Shown here one piece after another: positions 10,182 to 23,490 of a stretch of DNA of 64,000 nt. How positions within the stretch are numbered: position 1 is the stretch's first letter; each line of letters starts with the position of its first letter. Below the pieces are notes generated by a model that did no database searches, was not told the origin of the DNA, and worked only from the letters and a program-made list of their open reading frames with translations. Source of the DNA: Hemiscyllium ocellatum (taxonomy: Eukaryota); contig NW_026867501.1 in assembly GCF_020745735.1 (NCBI RefSeq), positions 62,001 to 126,000 of the forward strand. Reading direction: 5' to 3'. The translations under genes were made by a program, and so were the position numbers.

Positions 10182-12352
10182 ATGCATGAGGCAGTCATTG
10201 CCCCCTTCTTTGTAATTTGCTATTCAATTCTCGCTGCTGTTGGTGGCCCTGGTAAGTCACTGATTCTCGAAAAAATCGATTACCTTATCATGTATTTCCA
10301 GTTTATTTCCTTTCCTTCCAGGATTTGGTAGAATCTTTCCAATATGCAACTGTTAATTTTAAGGACCTTCAGTGGGTCTCTAATCTATATAATAAATTAG
10401 GAAATAACATCTGTGCTCTGAAAAATAATCGTAAATTACTTCCAATTTCATTATAACGAAGGGAATTGTGCTCTTCAATTTTGCATGCTGTGCAGTTATA
10501 GAAAAAAGTAACTATGAGACGCTGAACTGAAATTTGTGGTGAATGACAATGCATGAACGTTAATGTGTAATATTGTCACAGACTAAGGTCCAGCCCAATT
10601 CGGTGAAATGCAATTTAGTTGATTGTAGGATGAATTGTTTATCACCGTGTCAGAATTTATACTATGTGCTCTGGAATGATGTAATCGGGTATTGAGTTCC
10701 CAATGGACGATAACATTGTTTTGTTCAAATGAACGTCATAAGAAAAGAGCAGAAACCGAGCTGCTCAGGAGAATGTTCCATCAATTTGGGGACGGTGGGG
10801 TGGGGTTTACTCAATACACCTATAATCAACACAATTCGCGATATTAATTTGAGGAAGGAACAGAAGATAAAATAAGTTAACATGAGATTTCAGACAGATG
10901 TATGATGTTACGGGAATGACCAGATGCTGGTGCTTCAGAAAAATTGAAGCATGTGATTGTGAAGGGTGAGACACCACTGGTGAGCAGCCGAAGTCGGTCA
11001 ATATTTATGGATTAAAGGTTGGCTATGCTTGCTATGAATAATTTCATGACAACCACATTATGCTGTTTATCCCGAATTGAACAATAGCTCCTGGCCTTAA
11101 CTCAGTGACAGGAGAGCGATGTTTATTCCTGAGCTGATCACACTGACAGTTGATGTGGAGATGCGGTGTTGGGTTGGAGTGGAGAAAGACAAAACTGACA
11201 TGACCCCAGGTTATAGCCCAATGGGTTTACTTGAAATAACAAGAATTTGAAGTGCTATTCCTTCGTCAGGTGCATTGACAGATATTTGATGCTGCATGTG
11301 TTGAACAACACTTGACAGTTATTTCAAAACAGGCAGAGACTCGGGTTGGCAGGTTTATGTTCAAAGACTGTTTCATAAAAAAAAATGCATATGTCAACAG
11401 CCGGTGCTTTGACTAATTCATTACTGTCACTCTCTTTTGATTTATCACAGCCAACTTGCTGGCGATCATAATTCTATCTCATGGAAGATGCGGTCTCTCC
11501 CGATGCATCACCTACTACCTGGTGGCAATTGCGGTGAGTGACTTCCTTGTCATCACCAACGCAGTTATCCTCAATCGAATCAGCCGCTTCTATTTTCGGC
11601 AAAGTGTCTTGTCCACCACTCCTGTGTGCACTCTCAGTGTCATATTGGTCTATGCTACACTCGACTGTTCGGTCTGGCTGACAGTCGCCTTTACCATCGA
11701 CCGTTTTGTGGCCATCTGCTATCAGAGACTGAAGACAAGATACTGCACCAAGAAAACTGCATCGCTCGTTATTGGAATGATCTGTGTCCTGAGTTGCATC
11801 AAGAACGCTCCTTTCTACCTTGCATTCCAGCCCTTGTTCATTTTGGACGGGATACCCTGGTTTTGTAACGTCAAAGCAAACTTCTATACCTGGCCAGTCT
11901 GGCAGTTTCATGATTGGTTGTTTCGGGTCTTGAACCCTTTTCTCCCGTTCTCCCTCATTCTGTTGCTCAACGTCCTGACCATAAGACACATCCTAGCGGC
12001 CAACAGGGCCCGCAGGAGGCTCTGTGGTGCTGCTAAGGGACAAGATCCAGAGATGGCTAATCGCCAGAGGTCCATTGCCTTACTTTTTGCCATCTCTTTA
12101 AGCTTCCTACTCATGTGGTCTCCTCTTCTCGTACATTTTATATATGTGCGGATTAAAGATGAGAGTTACTTTAGTGGGCTGGATTTCAGTGATCCGTTGT
12201 ATACCTTTGAAGAGACGACCAACACACTCCAGATACTTAGTTCTTGCAACAACGTCTTCATCTATATGGTCTCTCAGAACTTGTTTCGAAAGCAGATGAA
12301 GAAAATTCTAATATACCCCTTTGTCACCCTCGCCAGGTCCTTTAAACGATGA
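10182..12352 (+). CDS. GPR139/GPR142-like class A orphan GPCR, two exons (10182-10251, 11451-12352), about 323 aa
   Basis: Exon 1 MHEAVIAPFFVICYSILAAVGGP with G|GTAAG donor; acceptor CAG at 11448-11450. Exon 2 is open: ANLLAIIILSHGRCGLSRCITYYLVAIAVSD...SVWLTVAFTIDRFVAIC...PFSLILLLNVLTIRHI...CNNVFIY, seven hydrophobic segments, DRF in place of DRY. Confidence 0.85.
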
Positions 12353-13749
12353 GGGATTTGGAAATCACTTCATTTTATTCTTTCTCATTAAAGTTGCCCA
12401 GCGTGCACAGCTCCCTCATGCATCCTGAAACAGCAATTTAATGGACAGAAACAAGATTCGTAACGTTATATAAAGCCCATTCCCCTGCTTAACAGACATC
12501 GAAGGCAAAGCCTGAGGGAATGCACAGCTATTGGAAATGATTTACTACTGGGCAAGAAGCGAACTTTTGATTTAGAACCACTCTCACTTCTCCCAATCTT
12601 CATTCGTCTACTCCAAGGCAGTATTTGTTTATTCATTATTTTCCCATACTGTTTTCTTATTTCTTTCATTTCCCCATCTCATCATTCCTTGTTCACAAAC
12701 TTGCTTCCAGCCTTCCTTCATCATTGTCTGCCTGCTTGCTGTTCTTTCCTTTCATGGGGATATCTTATCTGCCCATCCCATTTTTCACATTTCGACAACC
12801 TGCGGAGTAATGTGATCGTCAAGAAGACACATAACCCAGTACATCTGTTTGAACTGTGTCCTTAGGAATGGTGTGTGCTGTTTATTGTTTAGTCTGCATC
12901 TTTTACGTTTACTCTCCTGTTGATAAACCTCGGATTCTTGAACACAGTAACAACATAATCAGGTTCTTCTGCAGTGTCTGCATCAGAATTCTTTCTGCAT
13001 GCTTATTCAAATAATCAGGAATAAATTCTCAAAACTGCAAATTTCTGGAGAAACTCAACACATTTGTGGGCATTTTGGAGAAAAAGATATTTTGACATAG
13101 ACAGTCCAGTGACTGGGATTCAGAATATCACATTAAACATTCATTTATTTCTATTATCTGTTAGTGTTATATGCTTGTTTTTTTTTAATTTTCTTTTTGA
13201 GGAAGGCAGAAACTATGCATTTGGCCAAAGTTTTGCTGTTCAATTCATTTGTGCATTCATGGTCTCTGATTGTCATTTCGCTCTTTTTAATGAGTGAATG
13301 ACCTAATGGTGCAGGTACGCCACCCATTGGCGTATTGGGGTATATTATTATTATTCGTATTGACAAACACGGTTTTCAGTACGAGAAATATTGTAGTACT
13401 TCAACTTAATTCAGCTGCGTGAGGAAATAACTCAAGGGAGGAATTCACCGTTTCTGACAGGGGCTAGTTTATAGTACAACTTGAAAAGAAATGTGAAATA
13501 TATTTCCTCCATTGTTGCCTGTTCAAAGTACTCCCCAAACAAACCAGACCCCAATTTGTGACATGGTTGAAGTCCTCTGTGTAGCAGAGGATTCCAGACA
13601 TTTGAAGACACATATTGCAAAATCGTACCTTCCCTAAGCTTACATCTTATCTCTGGTGCTTCCATCTCACTGTAAGGTACCATCAGTAATTTCCTGCGAG
13701 TGCAAGAAGAAGATTTGGCTCTCATAGACTTAGCGAGTTACTCTCCCCT

Positions 13750-14400
13750 ACATCAAAGACATCTCTGAAGTGAGTGACAGACTATTCAGACGTGTTGGCG
13801 TCATGGTAGCCCACAGACACACAACATACTAAAACGACAGCTAATGAACTTGGAAGACACATTACGGACAACAAGCAAAACTGATGTCATTTACAAAATA
13901 CCTGACACGAACTGTAACAAACACTGCAATGGACAAACAGGCAGAAAATTAGCCATCAGGGCACATGAGCATCAACTAGCCACAAAAATCATGACCAACT
14001 CTCACGAGTATCCTTTCATACAGATTGGGAAGAACACCGCTTCGGGGGGATCAATACATCCATCCTAGGACAAGCCAAAAGAGATGTGAAAGAGAATGTC
14101 AAGAAGCATAACATTCCAACTGGAAAGCTGTCAACAAACACATTGACTTGGACACCATTTACCACATTCTGAGAAGAAAGAACAGGAAATGACATCAACA
14201 CAGCAAATGGCATCACTGCCTGAAATTACATCATCAACCCACAGAAAACTAAACACACAAATAGAAAGCAGGTCCCAAACATCCGTGCCCCAGGTAAGGC
14301 TCACTGATTATGTTATCGAGCATGGTGACGAAACGTCTGAAAACGAATCTTCCAGCTCAGCGTGCAAATTTACATGCAGAATCTCAAAGACTTGATAGAC
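13750..14400 (+). mobile_element. Penelope-like retroelement 3-prime fragment (GIY-YIG endonuclease plus terminal repeat)
   Basis: KTDVIYKIPDTNCNKHCNGQTGRKLAIRAHEHQLATK matches the decayed PLE GIY-YIG motif VIYKIPC..C...YIGQTGR.L..R..EH. Confidence 0.75.
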
Positions 14401-14779
14401 ACTGAGGTAGTTACTGTCACTAAACTCCCATCCATGATAAGCATTTTCACAAATTCCCAATTTTCTTACTCTCAAGACTCTTCATTCAATGCTTCACTCT
14501 TTCATTTTGTGATAGTTTATCGTATTCCATGTCAACGTGTGCCACCATAATATCCACGTACACCAACCCCGATTATTGGCCCCGAATAGCAAAGTCTTGT
14601 GTACCAACAAACTGTTCAATTCAAAATACAGACCCTCAAACCACATTCCCCACATGAGGGTCAGGTACCATGTTGGAAATTACACTTTCCAAACTACGAT
14701 CTCTCAAATCAAAGTGATGCTGATTACACGGACAAAGAGAGAATGTGCTGGAAAAATGGAATGAAAGTGAAGCACCGAT

Positions 14780-16450
14780 AAATATATATCAGAGTTTAAT
14801 AAGAACTGAGTAGTATAGAGAGAATATAACAGAAGACTGATAGATATGAAATGGTAGTCACTATTCCAGCTAAATTCCAGGAGAGGAAGTCACACACGGC
14901 TAGAGATGCACATGGACAACAGGGCACCACGTTATGGCCGAAGTAGGACATGGATAAAGAAGGCATTGATTCGGAAAGTGCAGACCAGCTAAACTCACTG
15001 ATGGATAAAATCTATAATGCAATTCTGAGAGATTCGAGTAATGCGCACTTGCACAGGTAGGGATTATTTAAGAACAGACAGCATTGTGCTCTGAAGGGAA
15101 ACACGTGACTGACCAACATGATTGAGGTTTTCGAATAGGTGACCGGGAGTGCTGATGAGGAGAATGCATTTGACAGACACTACTTAGATTACTTACAGTG
15201 TGGAAACAGGCCCTTCGGCCCAACAAGTCCACACCGACCCGCCGAAGCGCAACCCACCCATACATTTACCCCTTACCTAACATTACGGGCAATTTAGCAT
15301 GGCCAATTCACCTGACCCGCACATCTTTGGACTGTGAGGAGGAAACCGGAGCACCCGGAGGAAATCCACGCAGACACGGGGAGAATGTGCAAACTCCACA
15401 CAGTCAGTCGCCTGAGGCGGGAATTGAACCCGGGTCTCTGACGCTGTGAGGCAGCAGTGCTAACCACTGTGCCACCGTGCTGCCCAAATGGAATGAAACT
15501 TACACCGAAGCATGGCTTTCAACAAGTTCCCTCGTGAGAGATTGATAGAAAGAAAAAAATCCCAGGGGAGGCAAAGATAAAAGCCAATGGAATATAGGGA
15601 AATTGAAGTATTTGTTTTCCGAGTCCGGAGAAAAATAAGAAGAATACACTAATGGTTTGGAGCTGGTTTTTTCTTTTCTGACCAGAAACCTGTGTTCAGT
15701 TGAATTCCACAGTGTTGTAGACCTTTCTCTTGTGGTTTATATTTTAAAACTTCAAACAGAAACTTTGGCCGTGTTGTTTAGTAAGTTCGTGGATGATATG
15801 AAGATCTAAATTTTGATGAATAGTGAAGAAGCTCGTCTTCGATTCCAGGAGGAGATCGACGGGTACATCAGGTTAGCTGATCATAGGCAAATTGAATTAT
15901 GTCCAACAACTATGAAATTATCGATGTAACAGGACAAACAAGCAAAGGAACACATGACGAACTATAGAACATTAAGAAGCTCTGCCTACCACAAGGGTTT
16001 AAGAGTGTATATCCAATGGTCCCTCAAGGTAGTAGGACAAGGTACAATGGCAACTGAGAATCTTGACTTCAGTAGATGAATCATCGCGTTTACAGTGGGG
16101 AAGTAATGGTGGAACTGTGTAAGATTGTGTTCGAATGCAACTATATTATTGTGTCCAGGTCTTTAATCCAAGTTTTAAGAGAGATTGTCTTGCACTCCAG
16201 AGGATTGAGAGGAGACCTGCATATGTGAATTGAGTTCAAGTATTTTAGTCATGAAAAGAGCATGGAAAGACTAAGCTTGTTTTCCGTGCAGCAAAGGAGA
16301 CTGGTGGGAAGGAGTAATTGAAAATTTAAAAATTTTGAAAGGCATAGATTTAGATAAGGAGCAGGATGTTCAGAGGAGATAAGAGTAATTTTAGGTCAGC
16401 CAGAGGGTTTGCGAATCTGCAAGTCACTGTCTTAAGTTTGGTAGAGATAC
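14780..16450 (+). mobile_element. Highly decayed CR1 LINE ORF2 fragments, interrupted by a SINE
   Basis: Patches resemble the CR1 copy at 5490-7330 (e.g. GTGACTGACCAACATGATTGAGGTTTTCGAATAGGTGAC, AGTAAGTTCGTGGATGATATGAAG). Confidence 0.55.
15180..15485 (-). mobile_element. HE1-type SINE (near full length)
   Basis: Same family as 1565-1882, with an intact tRNA-like head GGCAGCACGGTGGCACAGTGGTTAGCACTGCTGCCTCAC. Confidence 0.9.
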
Positions 16451-16681
16451 AAAACAAAATGACAATATTTGAGATTTTCTCAGATGTGGAATTGCGATGC
16501 CAAGCCATAGAAGGCAATTGGTAAAGAGTTCAAAGATGAGATTAGATTAATTAAATTCTACTTATTGATGCTCCAAATGACATTTTCCTCTGCCATAAAA
16601 AACTTTCATTCTCCAACACGATGGATAAATGTTCATTTGTCGATGTCTAAATGCCTGTTTATGCACGCTTCTGTGTTTCAG

Positions 16682-16740
16682 TCCGTTTGTGTGTGTGTGT
16701 TTGTGTGTGTTTGTGTGTGTGTGTGAGTGAGTGTGTCCAC
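16682..16740. repeat. (TG)n-rich microsatellite
   Basis: Interrupted TG dinucleotide run. Confidence 0.8.
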
Positions 16741-18109
16741 ACGTGCATACAAACATGTTCACGTGTATGTATGTGGGGTTGTAACTGTGGTTTTGCGTCC
16801 ATATTCGTTTTGGTGTCTCTTTGAATATGCGTTCATATGTGTGTATTTCGCTGTGCATTGTTGGCCGGTCTGTCTCTGTGTCCGCATTGGTAGAATTTCA
16901 AAACATTGCAAATGTTCATCTGGAGCGTCTATGGATTTGTCTGAAATCTTTCTCAGAAGGTGTTGGCAGCAGTGGTGGGAGAGAAACTGTGCGGAGGAAT
17001 AATTATTCATTCACAATGTTACGGTTTCATTCCTGGTTTCTTTGTCTTTTTATTTTTCATGGCACAGTGCCACCATCGGCTGGAGTATAATCGCTTCAAC
17101 ATTAAAACACGTTGAAGCTCACTCGGAGGACAGTGACACATAGCACCATTTAAACTGACAACAGCATCAATTCATCTCCAGGGTCATTTTGTAGGAGGTG
17201 CCATTGATGTGGTTCATATTGTATCAAACTCAAATAGGTACAGTGCGTGCAGATGATCACAGTGAGTAACAGGGACATTGAGTAGAACTTTGGCCTATAT
17301 CAAAAAGGGAATGAAGTCTGGAGTTAAATTTCTGAGTTGTCTCAGAAGCATTTCGCTAACAGAATGAACCAAGCTCAATGTAATGTCCTCGCTGTCGGTG
17401 CTTGAGGGCTTTGCAGCACACTGTTCTTCGTGTTTGCTTAGGTTATTTCTTGGTCCCCGATTTTATGCGAGACAAATTGTGTTAAACGATAAGAAAATAA
17501 AATCAATTGGGACAGTTCTGAGAAACATTATTATCTGCAGTTCACTGGAATGAGAACAATTTCAGGTCGTTCCCGTTCCTTGTCCAGTCGTCACGAATTG
17601 TGGTACAAGGCGCTGAAATCTGATTGGACGACATCAACTGACGCTGGCAGCCACGAAACAAAATCGGGTCCCATCTAACGTCTCAGGTGCAACATTTTAT
17701 CGTCAGCGCCCTCTATTCAAATGCGCCATTATCGCTGCAATAAAACAATCCACCTTCAGTTCTCTCTGTTCTAAACCACCATTCGCTCTGAAAACATTTC
17801 GACTATTATTAATTCCTCATTCTGCTGCATCTCTCTTAACAGGTACATTATCCACTCTGTAATAATTCTCACTTGTCTGCGACACTGACGACTTGCTATT
17901 TAATCGTGCTCTCCCTTCACTTCCATTGTGTTCCGTTACATTGATTCTAAAATGTAACGCTACAAAATGTTTTTCAAATCTAAATTTATGCAGTTTTGGT
18001 CGTGTGTGCACGAGTAAAGTACAGAGACTCAGATTAAAGAAAACTTAGTAAGAGTTAACATTAGTTATTAGTTTTCTGCTACCTCCTACTTTTTTTGTAA
18101 CTGTGCTGT

Positions 18110-18317
18110 CAGGGCCCTGCAGAGTTACCTCCATCCCACCACATGGTAACCGTTTCAAAGCAGACGGCGTTGGCGATCGATTTTCTGCATTTCTGCATGT
18201 TTTGAACCGTGAGGGGGATGTCACCATCAGCGAACTGTGGCTGTCCGACTGGTCGGTGTATTTCTGCAGGCTGTGAGACACAATGACAGGAGCCAGAATG
18301 ATCCTTGTGCCAAACAT
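18110..18317 (+). pseudogene. 5-prime-truncated TCR V relic with 23-RSS
   Basis: GNRFKADGVGDRFSAFLHVLNREGDVTISELWLSDWSVYFCRL*, then CACAATG (18279-18285)-23-GCCAAACAT. No FR1 or WYRQ recoverable. Confidence 0.7.
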
Positions 18318-19710
18318 TTTTTGTGATGGAGAATGTTGAATGTACTGGGGGCAGATTGAAAAGAAGCCTGCATTTACTAAACCTGGCACCAATTCGTGCT
18401 GCTTTAGAATAGAAAACTGGTTTATGTGTAGGCCACTTGGCCCCTCGGAACTAAAGTAAATTCAGTATGGTCATGACTGGTCATGCAATTTTAGTGCACT
18501 ACTCTCATTTCTCTCCATGCCCCTTGAACCATATATCAGCAAGGGCCATGTCCAGCTCCACAATGAAAATTGATAATTAACAGACCCAACAGCTGTCTGT
18601 GATACAGAATTCCCCACAGGTTCAGAACAGTGGCGTCAGTCAGCTGTGGTTCAAAAAGTTGTAGCCGCACAGTCCAATCAGATTTATTGCTTGTCACTGA
18701 GAAACGATTCGGTGGAGATTTTCTGCATTGCCACTAAAGCTATTCTCATGTACCAAATACTCAATGGATCCACTTGAATATTGAAGATCCCAGAACACGT
18801 AAGGCAATTGTTGCTTGTCACTGTGTAATTACGGAATAATTGAACATCATGTCCTTCATTTACTGAGGTTTCCGCCGGTGTCTGTTAAACTGAGTCAGCT
18901 TGACAATGCCCTGTTAAAGAAAAGACACATAAGAAGTCAAAGAATTATATATCACTGTGATTTCTCCCCAGAAACAATTGAACAAATGCGACACTTACTT
19001 GTCAAATAATGTACAAGCACATATAGAAACATATGAAGGACGACATGTTCTCCAACGAATAATTTCATCTGCTTTAGTGCACTTTTGGTGCCATCTTTGA
19101 TGTCCTTTACTCCACCTGCGTTGTAAAGCAAAATTAATATACACCTGGTGTTTATCATATGTAACATATAGTTCCCTGTGATGAGCCTGATCCATGAACG
19201 ATTCAGCAAAAACTTGCAGCTGGCGTATGCAATTTACTTTAGAGACGAATTGAGGAAGGTTCCAACTCTTTTCTTTTTAGATCAATACGTGGAGATTTCT
19301 GTGCTCTGATTAATTGTCATAACTGCGACATTTGTGAAATGAAGTCATGAACAAATTCTCAACTTACCATCTAAGACAGCTGTAGCAGAAACATTAAAAT
19401 AAAAATAAACTCCTAATATGTTTCGAGAGAAATGATGGAAGATTTGAACACAAATGAGTTATTTCTGAATTGATTATTCGTCATGAGATAAGATGGCATA
19501 TCGATATTGTGCTCTCTACTGATTGGTTTCTTATGCCAGAGACAGAAGGTAACGTCCAATCAGGTTGGAAATCCATTGTTTTGCAAAAAAAAACCAATGA
19601 GCTCTTCGGTTTTACTGCTGCATTTCTCTTTGTGCGAAATTGTATCACGTGGTGCGGCAGAAGGACATTGCCTCCTATCCAGAGAAAACCCGAGATATGC
19701 ATTTTCTCTC

Positions 19711-22700
19711 TGAAATGAGGACTGCAGATGCTGTAGATCAAAGTCAAGTTTAGAGTGGTGCTGAAAAGCACAGCAGGTCAGGCAGCAAAATCAACATTTT
19801 GGGCATAAGCCCTTCATCAGGTAAAAGGCTAGGAGCCTCCAGAGTGGAGAGATAAATGGGAGGGGGCGGGGGTGAGGAGAATGCACCTAAGAGTACAATA
19901 GTTGGACGGAGGTGGGGATGAAGATGATATGTCGGAGAAGAGGGTGGAGCAGATAAGTGTGAAGGAAGATTCGCAGGTAGGAAAGGTCATGAGGATGGTG
20001 AAGAGATGTGAAGTTGGAATTGGGTACGGTGGGGGAAGGGAAATGAGGAAACTGGTGAAGTCCACAATGATGCCCTGAGGTCGAAGTGTTCTGTGGTGGA
20101 AAATGAGGCGTTCTTCCTCCAGGCGCCAAGCAGTGAGGGAGTGGCGGTGGAAGAGGCCCAGGATCTGCATGTCCACGGCAGAGTCGTGGAGGGGCGTAGA
20201 AATTTTCGGCCACGGGGCCGTCGGGCTGATTGGTGCCAGTGTTCCGGAGATGTTCCCTTCAGTGCACTGCAACAAGGCGTCCAGTCTCTCCAATGTAAAG
20301 GAGCCCACACCTTTGGAGCCTTGGATGGAGGTGAGGGGACCGTGTGGGCGCAGGTTTTGCAATTCCTGCGGTGGCAGCGGAAGATACCAGGAGGGGAGGG
20401 TGCCTTACGTGGGGCACGAACCTGACCAGGTTGTCACAGAGGCAATGGTCCTTGCGAAAGGTGGATAGAAATGGCGAGGGAAATGTATCCCTGGCGGTGA
20501 GGTCTATTTGTAGGTGGCAGAAATGTCGGCGAATGATGCGGGTAATGCGGAGATTGGTGGAGTGGACGTTGAGGACCTGGGGGTTCAGTCCTTGTTGCGG
20601 TTTGAGGGATGGGCTTTGAAGGCGGAGGTGCAAAACGTTGATGAGATGCGTTAGAGGGTATCTTAGACCATGTCGGAGGAGAACTTACAGTCTTTAAAGA
20701 AGGAGGCCATCTGGTGTTCTCTGTGGTGGAACGGATACAGAGAAGGCAGAGGAATTGGGAACACGAGTTAGCATGGGAAGAGGTGAAATCCAGTTAGCTG
20801 TGGGAGTCGATGGGTTTGTAAAAATATGTCACTTTTGAATTGATCGTCATTAATGGAGTGGTCGAGGTCTAGGAAGGGGAGGGAGGTGTACAGATTGTGC
20901 ACGTTAATTTAAAGTCGAGGTGGAATGTGTTGGTGAAGTTGATGAAATGCTGAACCCTCTCACGGGAGCACGAAGTGGCACTGATGCAGCCATCAATGTA
21001 GTAGAGGAAGAGGTGGGGAGTGGTGCCAGTGTAACTACGGCTGATGGACTGTTCTACATAACCAACAAAGAGACAAGCATAGTTGGGGTCCAGGCGGGTG
21101 TCCACTGATACCTCTTTCATCTAGAGGAAGTGGGAGCATTCGATTGAGAAAATGTTAAGTGGGAGGGCCAATTCAGCCAAACGAATGAGAGTGTCAGCGG
21201 AAGGGAACTGGTGGGTACCTCTGGAGAGGAAGAAACGGAGGGCTTGGATGCCTACTCATGGCGGGTGGATGTCCATAGTGACGATGAGGCGTTGGGAGCT
21301 GGGAAAATGGAAGTCTTGGTGGAAGTGGTGGGCTTGGGTGTTGTATCGAACGTACGTGGGGAGTTCCTGGACTAGGGAGATAGGACAGTATTGAGGTAGG
21401 TGGAGAAGAGTTCGGTGGGGCAGGAGTAGGCTGAGACGATTGGTCGGCTGGGGTGGTCAGGCTGGTGGATATTCGGAAGGAGGTAGAATTGCTCACTGCG
21501 AGGTTTCCAAAATCTGAGTTTGGAAGCTGTGGGTGGGAGACCTCCTGATGTGATGAGGTTATGTATGGTCTGGGAGATGATGGTTTGAAGTTGGGGGGTG
21601 AGGTCTTGATCGAGGGAGCAGCAGGAGGAGGTGCCTTTGAGTTGGGGCCTGGCTTCATTGGTGTAGTTGTCAGTGCACCCCCTTTATCAGCTGGTTTGAT
21701 GATGAGATTGGGATTGCAGCAGAGGGAGTCGAGACTTTGCGTTGGGAGGGCGTGAGTTTCGAGTGAGGGAGGAGGCAGATAGGTTGAGACGGTAAATGTC
21801 TCGGTGGCAGATGGAAAGGAAAAGATCGAGTGTAGGTAATAGGCCAGTATGGCGCGTCCAGTGGATGGTCTGTGTTGGACGTGAATGAAGGGGTCCTCGG
21901 AAGGTGGGCAGGCATCCTGATTGAAAACATAAGCACGGAGGCGGAGGCAGTGGAAGAAGTGTTTGACGTTCCAACGAGGATTGAATTCGTTGATGGAAGG
22001 ACAGAAGGGGATGAAGGTAAGGCCTTTGCTCTGGACTTATCGCTCATCCTCAGTGAGCGGGAGATCTGAATGGATAGTAAAAAGTCGGCAGGGCTCGGAG
22101 CTAGGACCTGGTATAGGTATGGCACAGGGAGTGGGGTCAGAGACTGTAAATGGAGTGGGAGAGGTGGTGGGGAGATGGGGGTATCATTACCAAAGATGAT
22201 CTTTCCCTCATGCTTCTTGGATGCGGAGATTGTGACAGTGGGATATGTAGGGGGCGTGTCGGCAGTATGCAAGTGAATGGCGTTGGTGAGGGCACAAGTG
22301 TTAGCAACGACTGAAGTTGGGGGCAGAAGTAGCGGAACGTGTGACGTCAGCGTAGAATGGAGGGACGGAAGTGATGTCACGCATGTTGTATTTGGAATGT
22401 TTGGGGGCAGAAGTGACTCCAGAAGCGGCCGCGTTTGGGGCGGAAGTGACGTCATCGATCACCGTGGGTTGGGTGCCTCGTGGGTAATGGAGGGCAACCA
22501 TGTCAGGAGGTCGAGTGAAGCTGCTGGAAAGTTTGAGGAATGCTGGTTATGGAGGTGGGTATATAAAGGTTGGCTGTGCTTACAGTTTTATTGATATTTG
22601 AGATGTTGCAGAAAATCTGATTGTTGAGAGTATGCCTTATTCTTAGGATATGTTCCAGAAGGGGCCCTTTGCAGTTCTGACAGTGTGGCCCTCAGTGGAG

Positions 22701-23490
22701 GCACAGCTCACTGTACAGAGGTTAGGTGGTGGCACATGGTTGCGAGTGTTGAGTGGAGAATCCTGAAGGAAAACCATTGTTGATATTTTCAGTCTGTACT
22801 GGTTGTCCTGTTGGGATCTAAACTGTGCTGGTTTGAATGTAGTTCGGTTTTCATGTGGGATCCGTTGGTTCTGGAGGCAAACACTGAGGAGACCGATGTA
22901 GCTGTGGTCTCGAGTCTGTTTCAGGACATGGTTGAAGAGCTTCAGGGCAGAGGAAATGATCTGGGGGTTGAAGTAAGAGAGAGACTCACTGAGATCTTTG
23001 TAGAGAGAGGGGAACTTCTTCAAGGACGGCATCCTTGCAAGAGGATTCGCACTAAGATTAAAATCAACTTGGCGAAAGTGAGGACTGCAGATGCTGGAGA
23101 TCAGAGTCAAGATTAGATTGGTGCTGGAAAAGCACAGCAGGTCAGGCAGCATCCGTGGAGCAGGAAAACCGGCGTTTTGGGCAAAAGCTCTTCAGCAGGA
23201 ATGAGGCTGGAAGCGTTTGGTGTGGAGAAATAGATGTGAGGGGGTTGGGGTTGAGGAGAAGGTAACTAACAGTCCAATACGTGGATGGAGGTGAGGATGA
23301 AGGTGATAGGTCGGAGAGGAGGGTGGAACAGATCAATTGGAAGGAAGATTAGCAGGTAGGGCAGGTCATGAGGATAATGCTGAGTTGGAAGGTTGGAACT
23401 CAGGTAAGGTGGGGGAGGGGAAATAAGGAATCTGGTAAAGTCCACATTGATGGTCTGGGTTTGAGGCCTTCAAAACTGGAAGATGAGCCG
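19711..23490 (-). mobile_element. Near full-length decayed Penelope-like element with direct terminal repeats (about 19711-20110 and 23073-23490)
   Basis: Minus-strand RT ...PNYACLFVGYVEQSISRSYTGTTPHLFLYYIDGCI...FINFTNTFH (20869-21120) and GIY-YIG RCGLLYIGETGR (near 20290). Both ends begin GAAA(T/G)TGAGGACTGCAGATGCTG.AGATCA.AGTCAAG.TTAGA.TGGTGCTG.AAAAGCACAGCAGGTCAGGCAGC. Confidence 0.85.

Noticed and set aside
11474-11989. 171-aa minus-strand ORF
   Set aside because: Antisense shadow of the GPCR exon.
19829-22594. Many long Pro/Ser- or Gly-rich ORFs (up to 261 aa)
   Set aside because: Alternative frames within the decayed Penelope element; compositional artefacts.
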